IMG/VR virus record: IMGVR_UViG_3300001533_003062
Span: 1-64,000 of that record
Reading direction: 5' to 3' (one strand)
DNA length: 64,000 nt
From: a virus
In this document: positions 51,204 through 59,773 of the stretch, in pieces
Layout of the letters: every line of letters begins with the position of its first letter
Position numbering within the stretch: position 1 is the first letter of the stretch
The notes under the pieces: generated by a model
What the model was told of the DNA's origin: nothing
What the model saw: the letters and a program-made list of their open reading frames with translations, nothing else
Database searches by the model: none
Program-made: the position numbers and the translations under genes

Positions 51204-51235
51204 ATAATAGGGGGGTCTTTACGGCCCCCTATTAT
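51204..51235 (-). terminator. Hairpin/terminator after the sheath gene
   Basis: ATAATAGGGGG...CCCCCTATTAT inverted repeat immediately after the stop at 51239. Confidence 0.65.
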
Positions 51236-51238
51236 GCT

Positions 51239-54229
51239 TTAGTTATTAAGCCCAAGATTAAGGGTCACTACTATCCAGTTAAGCGGAACTACTGGACTGT
51301 AAAATACCTCTATATCTAATGTAGAAGGATCCTGCTCATTAACTTCCACGTTAACATCTTTGTATCCCGCTATAATTTCAGAATCCTGGAGACCCTTGAA
51401 ATAAGAAGAAACAGAATTCTTCACTTGAGGTATCAGCCTAGGAAGATTTTTACTTCCTATGTATTTCCTAAGATTTCTCCTAATCCCCTGCTGGACAGCA
51501 TGTTTAACTTCTACTATCCTCGGGTTACGAGTAAGTATATCAGACATATCCGTAGTTAAGTACATGAGTACCCTGATTACGGGGGTTTCTTCCTGAAGTA
51601 CTGTTGTACCCGCGTTAGCGACCTGACCCGCAACAACGCCGTCGAGTCTTCTTGACATTCTCTTAAGACCTGTTATAGTCTTATTAGTGAGTGTAGTCGC
51701 TATATCTTCTACAGGAGAGACATCCCTACCCGCAACAGCCGCTGCGATCATAGAACCGTCTACAAGGTATTCCACTGAGTTACCAAAAACATCTTCTAAT
51801 TCAACAACCGCTGAATCAGGGTAAATAGCTGTGATCTTCTCAGAATTAATAGCCCTTACCTGGTTAATAACTTCGTCCGGTGTAGTACCTATGGCGAAAC
51901 CTATTATACTTGTCCTCTCATTTCTATACCTAATACTGGATTGTATAGCATTAGAGGTTTTTAGATAAGAATGTATCTGAGGATCCGTCGAAAGAGGTTG
52001 TATAAGGGAGGGTCTAGTACCATTACTAAGAGGAGCATTAAATTCCTCTATAGCCTCTATATAGTCCTGTACCGTCGCATCGGTCCCCCCGGGAGCTCTT
52101 TTAACTTGTTTAATAGCTACTGCCTGCGCACCATTAAGGAAAGCTAAATTAGCTGCCACTACTGCCTTATTGTTGATCTCAAGAGGACCAAAATACTTTT
52201 TAACATCTCTCATATTTGAGAGATACTTAATTTCATAGTCTAGCTTAGCTTTGTCGAATGTTACATAATAATAGTCACCGACCGAGGGCTCAGCACCCAA
52301 CTTATTATATGTGGTTAATATAACCGTATTATTTGTATTATCTACAGCCCCTCCATCAGTAGTAGCAACAGTTAAATTTACTCCTGGAATTGCTTTTATA
52401 ATATCTGAACTAGCAAATATATCATACTTCTCTGAAGCTACACTAGTTCCCGGATTACCTATATCATAGATAAGAGTGCTGCCCGGAGTAGGTACAGGCC
52501 CTAAATTACCATCATCTAAGGTAATTCTGAAACCTGTGGTGGGATCTATATAAGTCTGGCCCACATAACCTATGTTAGCACCGTTAGTAGTGACCGATCC
52601 TGTCTTACCCGCAGCAAGAGTGCTGGGGTCAATAGACGTTACAGTGAACATACCATCAACACCAAAAGTAAGCGTCACCCTCTCAACAGAAAGTAATAGG
52701 GGATTAGCCTCTGCATTAAAAGACCCTGAACCAGCGTAATATGGAGTAGCATCCCCACCATACTGGGTAACAGGTACAGCGTTTCCGCTTAACCTAGAAG
52801 ATATTGTGTAGATTCCTACACCAGCATCTCCAGGGACTTTATTGGTAATAGTCCAAATATCGTCTATAAGATTATTCTCATAATATGTTACAAAAACTTT
52901 TTCTGAATTGTCTAAATCTCCAGCATCAAAAATAGGGACTACATCCGCTAGAGTAACCTCCCTACCTGATACAGAAGCTATGGCCACAGGACCCGCAGCT
53001 TTAGCAGAGGCCCAATCAACGCCCACATATGCTATGATATCGTCCGTAGGTACGGCCTCAGAGTCAGGACCATCGCCGAAGTTTTCAGTGGCTTTACCTA
53101 CACCAGTACCATCAACTGGTACCGAAGGTAGTATAAAAGTCTTATTATTATTAGAAGCGTTATTAAGCACCCTACCCATAGAGTCCGTTATAGCCTCTCC
53201 GCTACCATCCAACTCGGGGTCCGCTGGTACAGAAAAAACGCCATATACCCTAACATCTGTAAGAGATGCTTCTGTATTGTTTACTAAGGGATCTGAACCA
53301 GGGGAAAAAACACCAGATACAGTCTGCAGGGAATGTCCCCAGTGTATCTTGTTAGCGCCTGAAAGAACCACGTCAGAACCTATCGAGTAGTCTGAAGTAT
53401 CTGAACTGTTACCAACTTTAGTGATTCTGTTCACGATAGGAGCCGGAAGAATATCGTAGGTATCTTGCCAATTGTTAGTGAAATAGGAAACCGTTATAGT
53501 CTGTCCCGCAGATACTGCATTAGTTAGTCTAAAAGTAGCATTAGCCCCGTCTATTTCAGAAATACCGACAGAAACCCCGTCTACCTTTACGTCCAGGACT
53601 TTAACAGTTCTTTCAAACTCATCCCCGTATACGTTCTCATTAGGGTTATAAAGAAAACTTATGGTACTACCTATATCTGAATTAGTAGCGCTTATTCCGC
53701 CGTTATCACCCTTAACTATACGCCGACTTTTTACCTTGAACGCAGTTGCGCCATCAGCAGCCTGCTCTGATATATCCTCGTTTTCTATGAAGGTGTCCCT
53801 TCTCTTATAGTAGTAAGACGCTCTTACTATATCGCTTTCCTCAGGAATACTAGCAAGACCAATAGAACCTGTAAGACCATCTATAGAATTAACAGCCACT
53901 ATCTCTCCATTTACAGTAACGAGGACCTCAGTTGGTAGACTTGCAACAGTACCTCTGCCATCTCCTTTTACAAGGGGGAAATTGGACACTGTGAAATTTT
54001 TATTCGTGCCGTCAAACTGAGAACTTACATCCTCATCGATTATCACGTTATCCGCAATAGAAGATGAGCCTCTAATCATTTCATAGTTTGAGATACGCTC
54101 TTCCTCGGCAGCAACGCCTATAATCGCTGGATACCTTAAGTTACCGGAAGCAGATACAGACGAGGGCTGATTTACTGTTCTAGTGAATACGCCTGGAAAG
54201 GCAAAGCTTTCTAAAGGTCCAATACCCAT
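51239..54229 (-). CDS. Contractile tail sheath protein with inserted domains, 996 aa
   Basis: N-terminal FPGVFTR; KKYFG...AANLAFLNGA; AAAVAG...TLTNKTITG; C-terminal SEIIAGYKDV...IEVFYSPVVPLNWIVVT. Confidence 0.9.
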   Translation of the reverse strand: MGIGPLESFAFPGVFTRTVNQPSSVSASGNLRYPAIIGVAAEEERISNYEMIRGSSSIADNVIIDEDVSSQFDGTNKNFTVSNFPLVKGDGRGTVASLPTEVLVTVNGEIVAVNSIDGLTGSIGLASIPEESDIVRASYYYKRRDTFIENEDISEQAADGATAFKVKSRRIVKGDNGGISATNSDIGSTISFLYNPNENVYGDEFERTVKVLDVKVDGVSVGISEIDGANATFRLTNAVSAGQTITVSYFTNNWQDTYDILPAPIVNRITKVGNSSDTSDYSIGSDVVLSGANKIHWGHSLQTVSGVFSPGSDPLVNNTEASLTDVRVYGVFSVPADPELDGSGEAITDSMGRVLNNASNNNKTFILPSVPVDGTGVGKATENFGDGPDSEAVPTDDIIAYVGVDWASAKAAGPVAIASVSGREVTLADVVPIFDAGDLDNSEKVFVTYYENNLIDDIWTITNKVPGDAGVGIYTISSRLSGNAVPVTQYGGDATPYYAGSGSFNAEANPLLLSVERVTLTFGVDGMFTVTSIDPSTLAAGKTGSVTTNGANIGYVGQTYIDPTTGFRITLDDGNLGPVPTPGSTLIYDIGNPGTSVASEKYDIFASSDIIKAIPGVNLTVATTDGGAVDNTNNTVILTTYNKLGAEPSVGDYYYVTFDKAKLDYEIKYLSNMRDVKKYFGPLEINNKAVVAANLAFLNGAQAVAIKQVKRAPGGTDATVQDYIEAIEEFNAPLSNGTRPSLIQPLSTDPQIHSYLKTSNAIQSSIRYRNERTSIIGFAIGTTPDEVINQVRAINSEKITAIYPDSAVVELEDVFGNSVEYLVDGSMIAAAVAGRDVSPVEDIATTLTNKTITGLKRMSRRLDGVVAGQVANAGTTVLQEETPVIRVLMYLTTDMSDILTRNPRIVEVKHAVQQGIRRNLRKYIGSKNLPRLIPQVKNSVSSYFKGLQDSEIIAGYKDVNVEVNEQDPSTLDIEVFYSPVVPLNWIVVTLNLGLNN

Positions 54230-54340
54230 CTTATATTCTCCTTTTATTCTCGATTTTCACCGTAAAAATTTTTTCGTAATTTAATCTAATATCTTATAAA
54301 TCTTAAAAGAGACTTATAGTGTTATTATATATTATATAGA

Positions 54341-54355
54341 TATTAATAGAATATT
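54341..54355 (-). promoter_or_regulatory. Candidate late promoter AATATTCTATTAATA
   Basis: Motif copy about 110 bp upstream of the sheath ATG. Confidence 0.55.
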
Positions 54356-54364
54356 AGGTATAGC

Positions 54365-54877
54365 CTATTCAAAAGATCCCGCCTCATCAAACTGAGCCAA
54401 TCCTTTTTCCTTACGTTTAGCCCTGTGCTCTTCTAGAGCGTCAACAAACTCTTTTCTAATCTTCTTTTCTTTATCATCACCTAAATGCATGACAGGAGTG
54501 TACTTCCCATCTGGATCTTTAGGTATCTCTATTTCTTTAGGTTCAAGACCCTTTCTTCTTTCTTTCTGCCTGGCCCTGTAGATATCATGGTATTCTTTAT
54601 CGAAACCAAAGGTGCCACCAGAAATACCTTTTGACCTTTTTTCTATTATTTCTCTTTTTTTATCCGCGTCCTCACCTACTACTTTATCTATCTCCTTAGG
54701 AGATACTATCGTATCTCTTCTAGGATCAAGCGTAGTCTTCACCGAGACGCTATCTGGAAACTGTCTCTCTGAGGAATACCCACAACTAGGGCATTTCACT
54801 TTATTAGATTCCTCAAAATCAACAATTTCTTCAAAATTCAAAGAACAACCTTCACAAATATATTTGTAGATAGGCAT
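54365..54877 (-). CDS. FmdB-family zinc-ribbon protein
   Basis: MPIYKYICEGC...FEEIV...CPSCG is the FmdB/Zn-ribbon_8 signature. Confidence 0.85.
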   Translation of the reverse strand: MPIYKYICEGCSLNFEEIVDFEESNKVKCPSCGYSSERQFPDSVSVKTTLDPRRDTIVSPKEIDKVVGEDADKKREIIEKRSKGISGGTFGFDKEYHDIYRARQKERRKGLEPKEIEIPKDPDGKYTPVMHLGDDKEKKIRKEFVDALEEHRAKRKEKGLAQFDEAGSFE

Positions 54878-54933
54878 GTGAATCTCCTTATTTATTATTT
54901 ATGATATATTTTACATCTATTTATTAAGTCTAT

Positions 54934-54948
54934 TATGAAAAGATTATT
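54934..54948 (-). promoter_or_regulatory. Candidate late promoter AATAATCTTTTCATA
   Basis: Identical to the copy at 60440-60454; upstream of the ATG at 54877. Confidence 0.55.
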
Positions 54949-54950
54949 AC

Positions 54951-54996
54951 GAAAGCGAGCGGGAAAGCCCACGGTTTTAACCGTGGGAGCAGTCAC
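54951..54996 (+). mobile_element. 46-bp IS200/IS605-family remnant (single-hairpin left-end/right-end hybrid)
   Basis: TTAC | 13 nt | AAAG | CCCACGGTT-TT-AACCGTGGG | AGCAG | TCAC matches the cleavage site, guide and hairpin layout of IS608-like ends. Confidence 0.65.
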
Positions 54997-55002
54997 GGAG
55001 TA

Positions 55003-56439
55003 TTAACCCATCATAGGATAACCAGGCTTACCGTACTCAACCTCAAAAGGCTCTTTTTTAGGATATAATTTAGATTCCATTCCAACGACCCTATTTTGGT
55101 AAATATCCACGTACTCATTAGACCTAATATGTAAAGTACTAAAACTTAGGTCAAAGTCTATAACCTCAAACAAAACAGGTACGAACTTTTTCCACTCTGA
55201 TATAATAGCCATATTCAAAGAATTTTTATAATAAAGATCTCCCGTATTTTCATCATAAACTTCTTCTGTTTCCCCCCCGGAGTCCAACTCATCTATAGTT
55301 ATACCCTCACTAATAAGAGGGATCCTCTTGTTGTTCCATATATCGTTGATAATATAATCAACCATACCTGGGAGCTGGACAGTGTCTCTTGTAAATATCT
55401 CTATATCTAAACTTACATTAAAATGACCTCCGTAAACTCTAGCTGCTACCTCTCTTTCAGGATAAACTATAAGCACTACCTTATCGCCTAAATTAACTTT
55501 ATTATTAAAACACAACACGGCCCCTTTTATCGTTTCATGGTCGTATCTATTGTCTTCGGGTATCTTTACAGGCCCTATCTCTTCTCCTATCCATCTATAA
55601 TAAGCTATTAAATTAGTATGAGGTTCCAGAGAAAAACCCCCTATAAATGTTATAGCGCCGGTTATGTCTATGGTGTACTCTTCGTCACGTATAAGTCTAA
55701 CGCTATAATCCGTACCTGGTTTGCGCATGAATAGTATAACCTGATCTACCATAATATTCTGATTCTCTAAATTACCCCCTATTTCGGACCCTTTAGCGTT
55801 AGCGATAACTATCTCCTCCTTAACAGAATAAAGAGGGTTTACTACATACTTCAACTCAGGACCATCTTGCACTATCTCTAAATAGTATCTACCGGGTTTT
55901 GCTACATTTCTATAGAAATAAGATATCTCTACTCTTGCACCAGCAGGAGGACTTGTATATAAAGTCACCAAACCGTTTACAGCGTCTACCTCTTGGGCAT
56001 AGGACTTAACACCGTCTATAAATACCTTCACTTGCCTAAAATTACTCAGCAATTCCGTGTTACCTGGGCCCTTAGTTAAAAATTTATTACTAAGCTGTAC
56101 CATCCTGTTAGAACCCGTTATCTGAGAGGACACATCCTCCCTAAAGTGCTTAACTAAATTATGAGGATCCTCCCAAACCCACTCTAAAAATTCCCCTGAC
56201 TTATTACCCGCACGGGCTAAAGCGAAATGACTCCTCAGTATCCCCACAAAGTCGTCTGGGGAGAGCTTCTGCCTGTTAAATGACATATTCTTTAAGACAA
56301 TTCCGTGCTGTACCCTCTCTTTATAAGGAAATTTATGATAAATTTTGACTTTATCCCTATATTCAGAGTTCTTGCCTATAGTATCCTCTAGCTCATCAAA
56401 TAGCCTGGTTTTTATAGACTCAAATAGATTTATTTTCAT
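55003..56439 (-). CDS. Putative tail terminator/neck protein with inserted Ig-like modules, 478 aa
   Basis: Upstream of the sheath; C-terminal GGHFNVSLDIEIFTRD...GGETEEVYDENTGDLYY...EW fits a tail-completion fold; shares an EDVSSQ module with the sheath. Confidence 0.55.
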   Translation of the reverse strand: MKINLFESIKTRLFDELEDTIGKNSEYRDKVKIYHKFPYKERVQHGIVLKNMSFNRQKLSPDDFVGILRSHFALARAGNKSGEFLEWVWEDPHNLVKHFREDVSSQITGSNRMVQLSNKFLTKGPGNTELLSNFRQVKVFIDGVKSYAQEVDAVNGLVTLYTSPPAGARVEISYFYRNVAKPGRYYLEIVQDGPELKYVVNPLYSVKEEIVIANAKGSEIGGNLENQNIMVDQVILFMRKPGTDYSVRLIRDEEYTIDITGAITFIGGFSLEPHTNLIAYYRWIGEEIGPVKIPEDNRYDHETIKGAVLCFNNKVNLGDKVVLIVYPEREVAARVYGGHFNVSLDIEIFTRDTVQLPGMVDYIINDIWNNKRIPLISEGITIDELDSGGETEEVYDENTGDLYYKNSLNMAIISEWKKFVPVLFEVIDFDLSFSTLHIRSNEYVDIYQNRVVGMESKLYPKKEPFEVEYGKPGYPMMG

Positions 56440-56484
56440 ATAATAACCTTAAATAAAAAGTGGATCTCACATATTCTCTTATTT

Positions 56485-56499
56485 TATTAATAAATAATT
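56485..56499 (-). promoter_or_regulatory. Candidate late promoter AATTATTTATTAATA
   Basis: Motif copy directly after a terminator and 46 bp upstream of the ATG at 56439. Confidence 0.55.
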
Positions 56500-56532
56500 A
56501 AAAAGGGCCTTAGGTATTAACTAAGGCCCTTT
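56500..56532 (-). terminator. Intrinsic terminator after the actin-like gene
   Basis: AAAGGGCCTTAG-TTAATAC-CTAAGGCCCTTTTT: 12-bp stem with a T tail. Confidence 0.8.
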
Positions 56533-56561
56533 CTATTTAAATAGCCGATAAATAATATTAA

Positions 56562-57572
56562 TTACTCATTCATAGCAGCAATAAGCAGACCCTTAGCTAC
56601 ATCATTAAGAGGATCGTTAGCCACCCTAATCTCAGATATATTAATTGGGAAATCCTTGACCTTTGAAAATTCTTGTTTAAAGAATTCTAAAAAGTTTATA
56701 GCCTTTGAAGTACCTCCGCTAATAACCCAGGGAATACCATCCGGAAGCTCTATACTTGAATTATCCTTCTTGAATTCTTTCTTTATAGTATCGATTACCC
56801 TGTGTATTAAATTCTTATAATACACAGATATAGCCTCTCGCTCTCTGATATACTTAGGATCGCCCTTTGACGGATCTAAAAGGTCTACACCCTTTTCTTT
56901 AACAGACATAATCTTAGTAGCAGTAGTACCTACCGCCGCTGCCGCAGACTGGTCTATCCAGTCGCCACTCGTCTGTATACTAAAAGACATACCCACCATA
57001 GTCTGGTATACCAAAGAGGTGTTCACCATACCCGCTCCGAACGAGCTACTCATTGCCGTGAACATCTCAGAAGAACAATTAGAATATACTATAGCGGCAG
57101 CCTCATTCATAGAGGTAGCTTTAAATCCCATAGTCTCTATTATTTTCTTAAACATAGCCTCATGGTAGACTACATCCTTATCCGAGTCCACAGGTTTAGC
57201 AGGGATAGAATAATAAACAGTCTCATCCTCCACCTTTGGTGCACCTAGGATATTCTTAAGCAATATGACCAACATCCTTTCAGCATCAGACTCTCCCGCA
57301 GATATGACTCCTTTACTTAGGGGGCGCCTTGCCTCCCTCTTAAAAAGATTAGCCATATTAAGAGCGGGTTCTCCTACTATAAAAACTTGCTCATCCTCAC
57401 CCGGTACAAATGAAACGTTAGACATCTTAAGCATATTGAGTGTTGCCTGATCTGCCTCAATATCTAAAAAAGCGTCCCTTACCGATTTAATATCTACATC
57501 GGAGTTAGGTTCATTATTCTCCTTAGAAGCACACACTAAGAAACAGGTCCCTACGTCTAATCCTCTAGCCAT
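56562..57572 (-). CDS. Actin-like ATPase (volactin/Mad28-like branch of the MreB/MamK/ParM superfamily), 336 aa
   Basis: All five actin-fold motifs: GLDVGT (phosphate 1), MNEAAA (connect 1), SFGAGMVN (phosphate 2), ISGGTS (adenosine), DPLNDVAKG (connect 2); AAGGAG RBS. Confidence 0.88.
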   Translation of the reverse strand: MARGLDVGTCFLVCASKENNEPNSDVDIKSVRDAFLDIEADQATLNMLKMSNVSFVPGEDEQVFIVGEPALNMANLFKREARRPLSKGVISAGESDAERMLVILLKNILGAPKVEDETVYYSIPAKPVDSDKDVVYHEAMFKKIIETMGFKATSMNEAAAIVYSNCSSEMFTAMSSSFGAGMVNTSLVYQTMVGMSFSIQTSGDWIDQSAAAAVGTTATKIMSVKEKGVDLLDPSKGDPKYIREREAISVYYKNLIHRVIDTIKKEFKKDNSSIELPDGIPWVISGGTSKAINFLEFFKQEFSKVKDFPINISEIRVANDPLNDVAKGLLIAAMNE

Positions 57573-57583
57573 ATAATATCTCC

Positions 57584-58324
57584 TTATTTATTATTTTTTA
57601 AAGCTTTTAGAGCGTCCAAGGCATTTGACACTTGGCTGCCGCTCTCCACTACTCTCGTTTTTAAATTTATTTTTGCATTTGCATCTTCAACTTTGATATT
57701 AGGTATATACACCTCATCAGAACTTCGCGGAGAAGTATAATCCCCGACATTAGAACGAGGGCCGCTCGATACCGCCCCAGATTGTATAAGATTTATGAGC
57801 ATATCTATCTTACTATCTATGTTATTATCTACCGGTTTTTCCTTTTCAGGAGCGGGCTCAGTGTTAATACTATTTATCCCAGATAATCTCTGTTCTAGTC
57901 TTTCGTTTACTCCCGCCATGAACTGTTCCATCAAGCTATTCTTATCCTCTTCCGGGGACTCACTTATTCTTTTTTCAAGAGATATTATCTTTTCAAGAAG
58001 CATGTCTATCTTACTTTCATCATTTTTAGCGGGAACCTCTCTTATTACTTCTTTCTCTATAATTATAGGATCTTTTTGAGATTCTGAGACTACTTCGTTG
58101 ATAGAGGCTGACGTACTATGCTCTATACTAAAGTCGCTATTAGAGGGGGTGGTGTCTTTACTCTGCTTAAGAACTATCAAACGCCCTGATTTTATCTCAC
58201 GCTTTAAATCGAGCGACCGATCATAGTCCGAGTCAGTGTAGGACTTCTGCTGCTTATAATAGACCACATCCTCAAGATCTTTTATCTCTAATTTTTTAGT
58301 GGAGTTACCTAAGACTACGATCAT
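57584..58324 (-). CDS. Partner protein co-transcribed with the actin-like gene, 246 aa from MIVVLG (ORF track extends to 58405)
   Basis: Small N-terminal domain, acidic linker with coiled-coil, C-terminal amphipathic helix VSNALDALKALK; ends 11 bp before the actin ATG; a promoter-like motif at 58361-58375 favours the 58324 start. Confidence 0.7.
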   Translation of the reverse strand: MIVVLGNSTKKLEIKDLEDVVYYKQQKSYTDSDYDRSLDLKREIKSGRLIVLKQSKDTTPSNSDFSIEHSTSASINEVVSESQKDPIIIEKEVIREVPAKNDESKIDMLLEKIISLEKRISESPEEDKNSLMEQFMAGVNERLEQRLSGINSINTEPAPEKEKPVDNNIDSKIDMLINLIQSGAVSSGPRSNVGDYTSPRSSDEVYIPNIKVEDANAKINLKTRVVESGSQVSNALDALKALKNNK

Positions 58325-58425
58325 CTTATATATCCTATATAGAAAATTTTTTATTCTCACTACAAAAAGATAAATGATAGCCTCAAAGGTAGGGATATTT
58401 ATCATTTATTATATACATATTCAAA

Positions 58426-58557
58426 TAGTTGCAATTTCTATAGAAAAATATAGAAATCGGTTTTTTAGACGCTTCACCGTCAATCGCGCCCCCCCCGGAG
58501 GGGCGAGCGTCTTACATCGACTCTGCGTCCGTTAAGCACAGGCAACTCCCTGTGCTT
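58426..58557 (-). ncRNA. Putative TnpB omegaRNA (reRNA) scaffold / element right end
   Basis: GC-rich nested stems overlapping the tnpB stop: AAGCACAGG/CCTGTGCTT, GACGC/GCGTC, GTCGAT/ATTGAC, CGCCCCTCC/GGGGGGGCG; ends in TTGCAACTA. Boundaries are approximate. Confidence 0.65.
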
Positions 58558-59632
58558 GCGCCTCGCGCAATATGTTCCGAGATGCGTTCACATCTCTATC
58601 ATGTACTACTCCACACGCCTCACACACCCAGGACCTATCCCGAAGGGATAGGTCCTGGTGCAGTGTCCCACAGTCAAAACACATCTTTGAGGATGGAAAG
58701 AACCTGTTGACTTTAACTATTTTTTTATCCGACCTTTGAGCTTTATAGTCAAGGAAAGATACAAATTTAGTCCAACCAGCATCTGAAATAGATTTAGATA
58801 GTCTTCTATTTTTAACCATCCCTTTTACATTCAAGTCTTCCAGACCAATAAAATCGTAATCCCTCACCAGGTCCGAAGAGACCTGGTGCAGGAACCACAA
58901 TCTTTGGTTAGCTATCTTTGAATGTATCTTAGCTACTTTGAGTTTACATTTTTGATATCTATTCGATCCTTTCTTTTTCTTAGAAAGGTGCTTTTGAGCC
59001 TTGCGCAATGGCGCGTGGTTTTTGCGGAACCATTGCGGATTAGATATCTTTGTACCATCAGAAGTAACTACAAAATCCTTAAGTCCCAGATCGACCCCCA
59101 CGACCCGTAGGGTCTGAGGGGCTTTGTCATGGACTATCTCATCGACTAAAACAGAAACAAAATACTTACCCGTCCGGTCTCTCGAGACCGTCACGGAAAG
59201 GTACTTACAGTCTTTGTTAGGTCTTCTTTCCATGACTGTTTTGATCCAACCTATTTTTTCAAGTCTGATCTCATGATTACCTAAATCAAACTTCTGATTA
59301 GGCAGTCGATACGACTGCCTGTCAAACTTATTCTTAAAACTACATCTACCTATCTTCTTTAACCTACTCTTATTGAAGAACTGGCTCTTGTAAGTTCTGA
59401 AGTCGATTTCTTTCTGCTGCAAAGCAGCAGCTGAGACCTCGGACATCCATTCAAGATTATTTCTTATTTCTGTAGAAGTCCTAAATGTTGGTTTAGGGTT
59501 ATTGACTTTATCATAGGTGTTGAAGGTAGCTACATTAGTATTCCAAATGACCCGGACGCACCCAAAAGTCTTGCGAAGCAAGACCTCCTGTTCAGCGTCC
59601 GGGTATATCCTATACTTGTAAGCTTTATGCAC
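58532..59632 (-). CDS. tnpB: RNA-guided endonuclease TnpB (IS200/IS605 or IS607 family)
   Basis: KAYKYRIYP N-terminus; RuvC motifs GVDLGLK, LEDLNV and HDRDVNAS; CFDC/CEAC zinc finger. Confidence 0.95.
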   Translation of the reverse strand: MHKAYKYRIYPDAEQEVLLRKTFGCVRVIWNTNVATFNTYDKVNNPKPTFRTSTEIRNNLEWMSEVSAAALQQKEIDFRTYKSQFFNKSRLKKIGRCSFKNKFDRQSYRLPNQKFDLGNHEIRLEKIGWIKTVMERRPNKDCKYLSVTVSRDRTGKYFVSVLVDEIVHDKAPQTLRVVGVDLGLKDFVVTSDGTKISNPQWFRKNHAPLRKAQKHLSKKKKGSNRYQKCKLKVAKIHSKIANQRLWFLHQVSSDLVRDYDFIGLEDLNVKGMVKNRRLSKSISDAGWTKFVSFLDYKAQRSDKKIVKVNRFFPSSKMCFDCGTLHQDLSLRDRSWVCEACGVVHDRDVNASRNILREAQAQGVACA

Positions 59633-59715
59633 CTTTTGATCCTTTTATTACTCTACTCTTAAATATACATAGAAGACAATTCTATTTTAAACCATATTCT
59701 TCTATATTTATTTTA

Positions 59716-59730
59716 TATTAATAGCATATC
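59716..59730 (-). promoter_or_regulatory. Candidate late promoter GATATGCTATTAATA (degenerate)
   Basis: CTATTAATA core directly after a terminator and upstream of tnpB. Confidence 0.4.
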
Positions 59731-59732
59731 TC

Positions 59733-59763
59733 AAAGGGGGAGAAGTACGATGACCTCTCCCCT
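59733..59763 (-). terminator. Intrinsic terminator
   Basis: AGGGGAGAGG-TCATCGTA-CTTCTCCCCCTTT just after the stop at 59774. Confidence 0.6.
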
Positions 59764-59773
59764 CCACTTAATC

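Larger units (their letters stand above)
58426..59710 (-). mobile_element. Non-autonomous tnpB-only insertion sequence, probably IS607-like
   Basis: tnpB plus structured 3' end, no tnpA; short TAGAA-type repeats at both flanks; no terminal hairpin-TCAC at its own right end. Ends are approximate. Confidence 0.6.

Noticed and set aside
18070-54229. Bacterial extracellular contractile injection system or tailocin rather than a phage
   Set aside because: No AAA+ ATPase or host-type flanking genes were recognised; the long tape measure, neck-like genes and recurring phage-type promoter favour a large phage. Not fully excluded, because no capsid gene is in the window.
58325-58405. N-terminal 27-aa extension of the actin partner ORF
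   Set aside because: It overlaps an AT-rich spacer containing a promoter-like motif; the ATG at 58324 has a plausible RBS.
58532-59632. Cas12f or catalytically dead TnpB (TldR)
   Set aside because: There is no CRISPR array nearby, and all three RuvC acidic residues are present.
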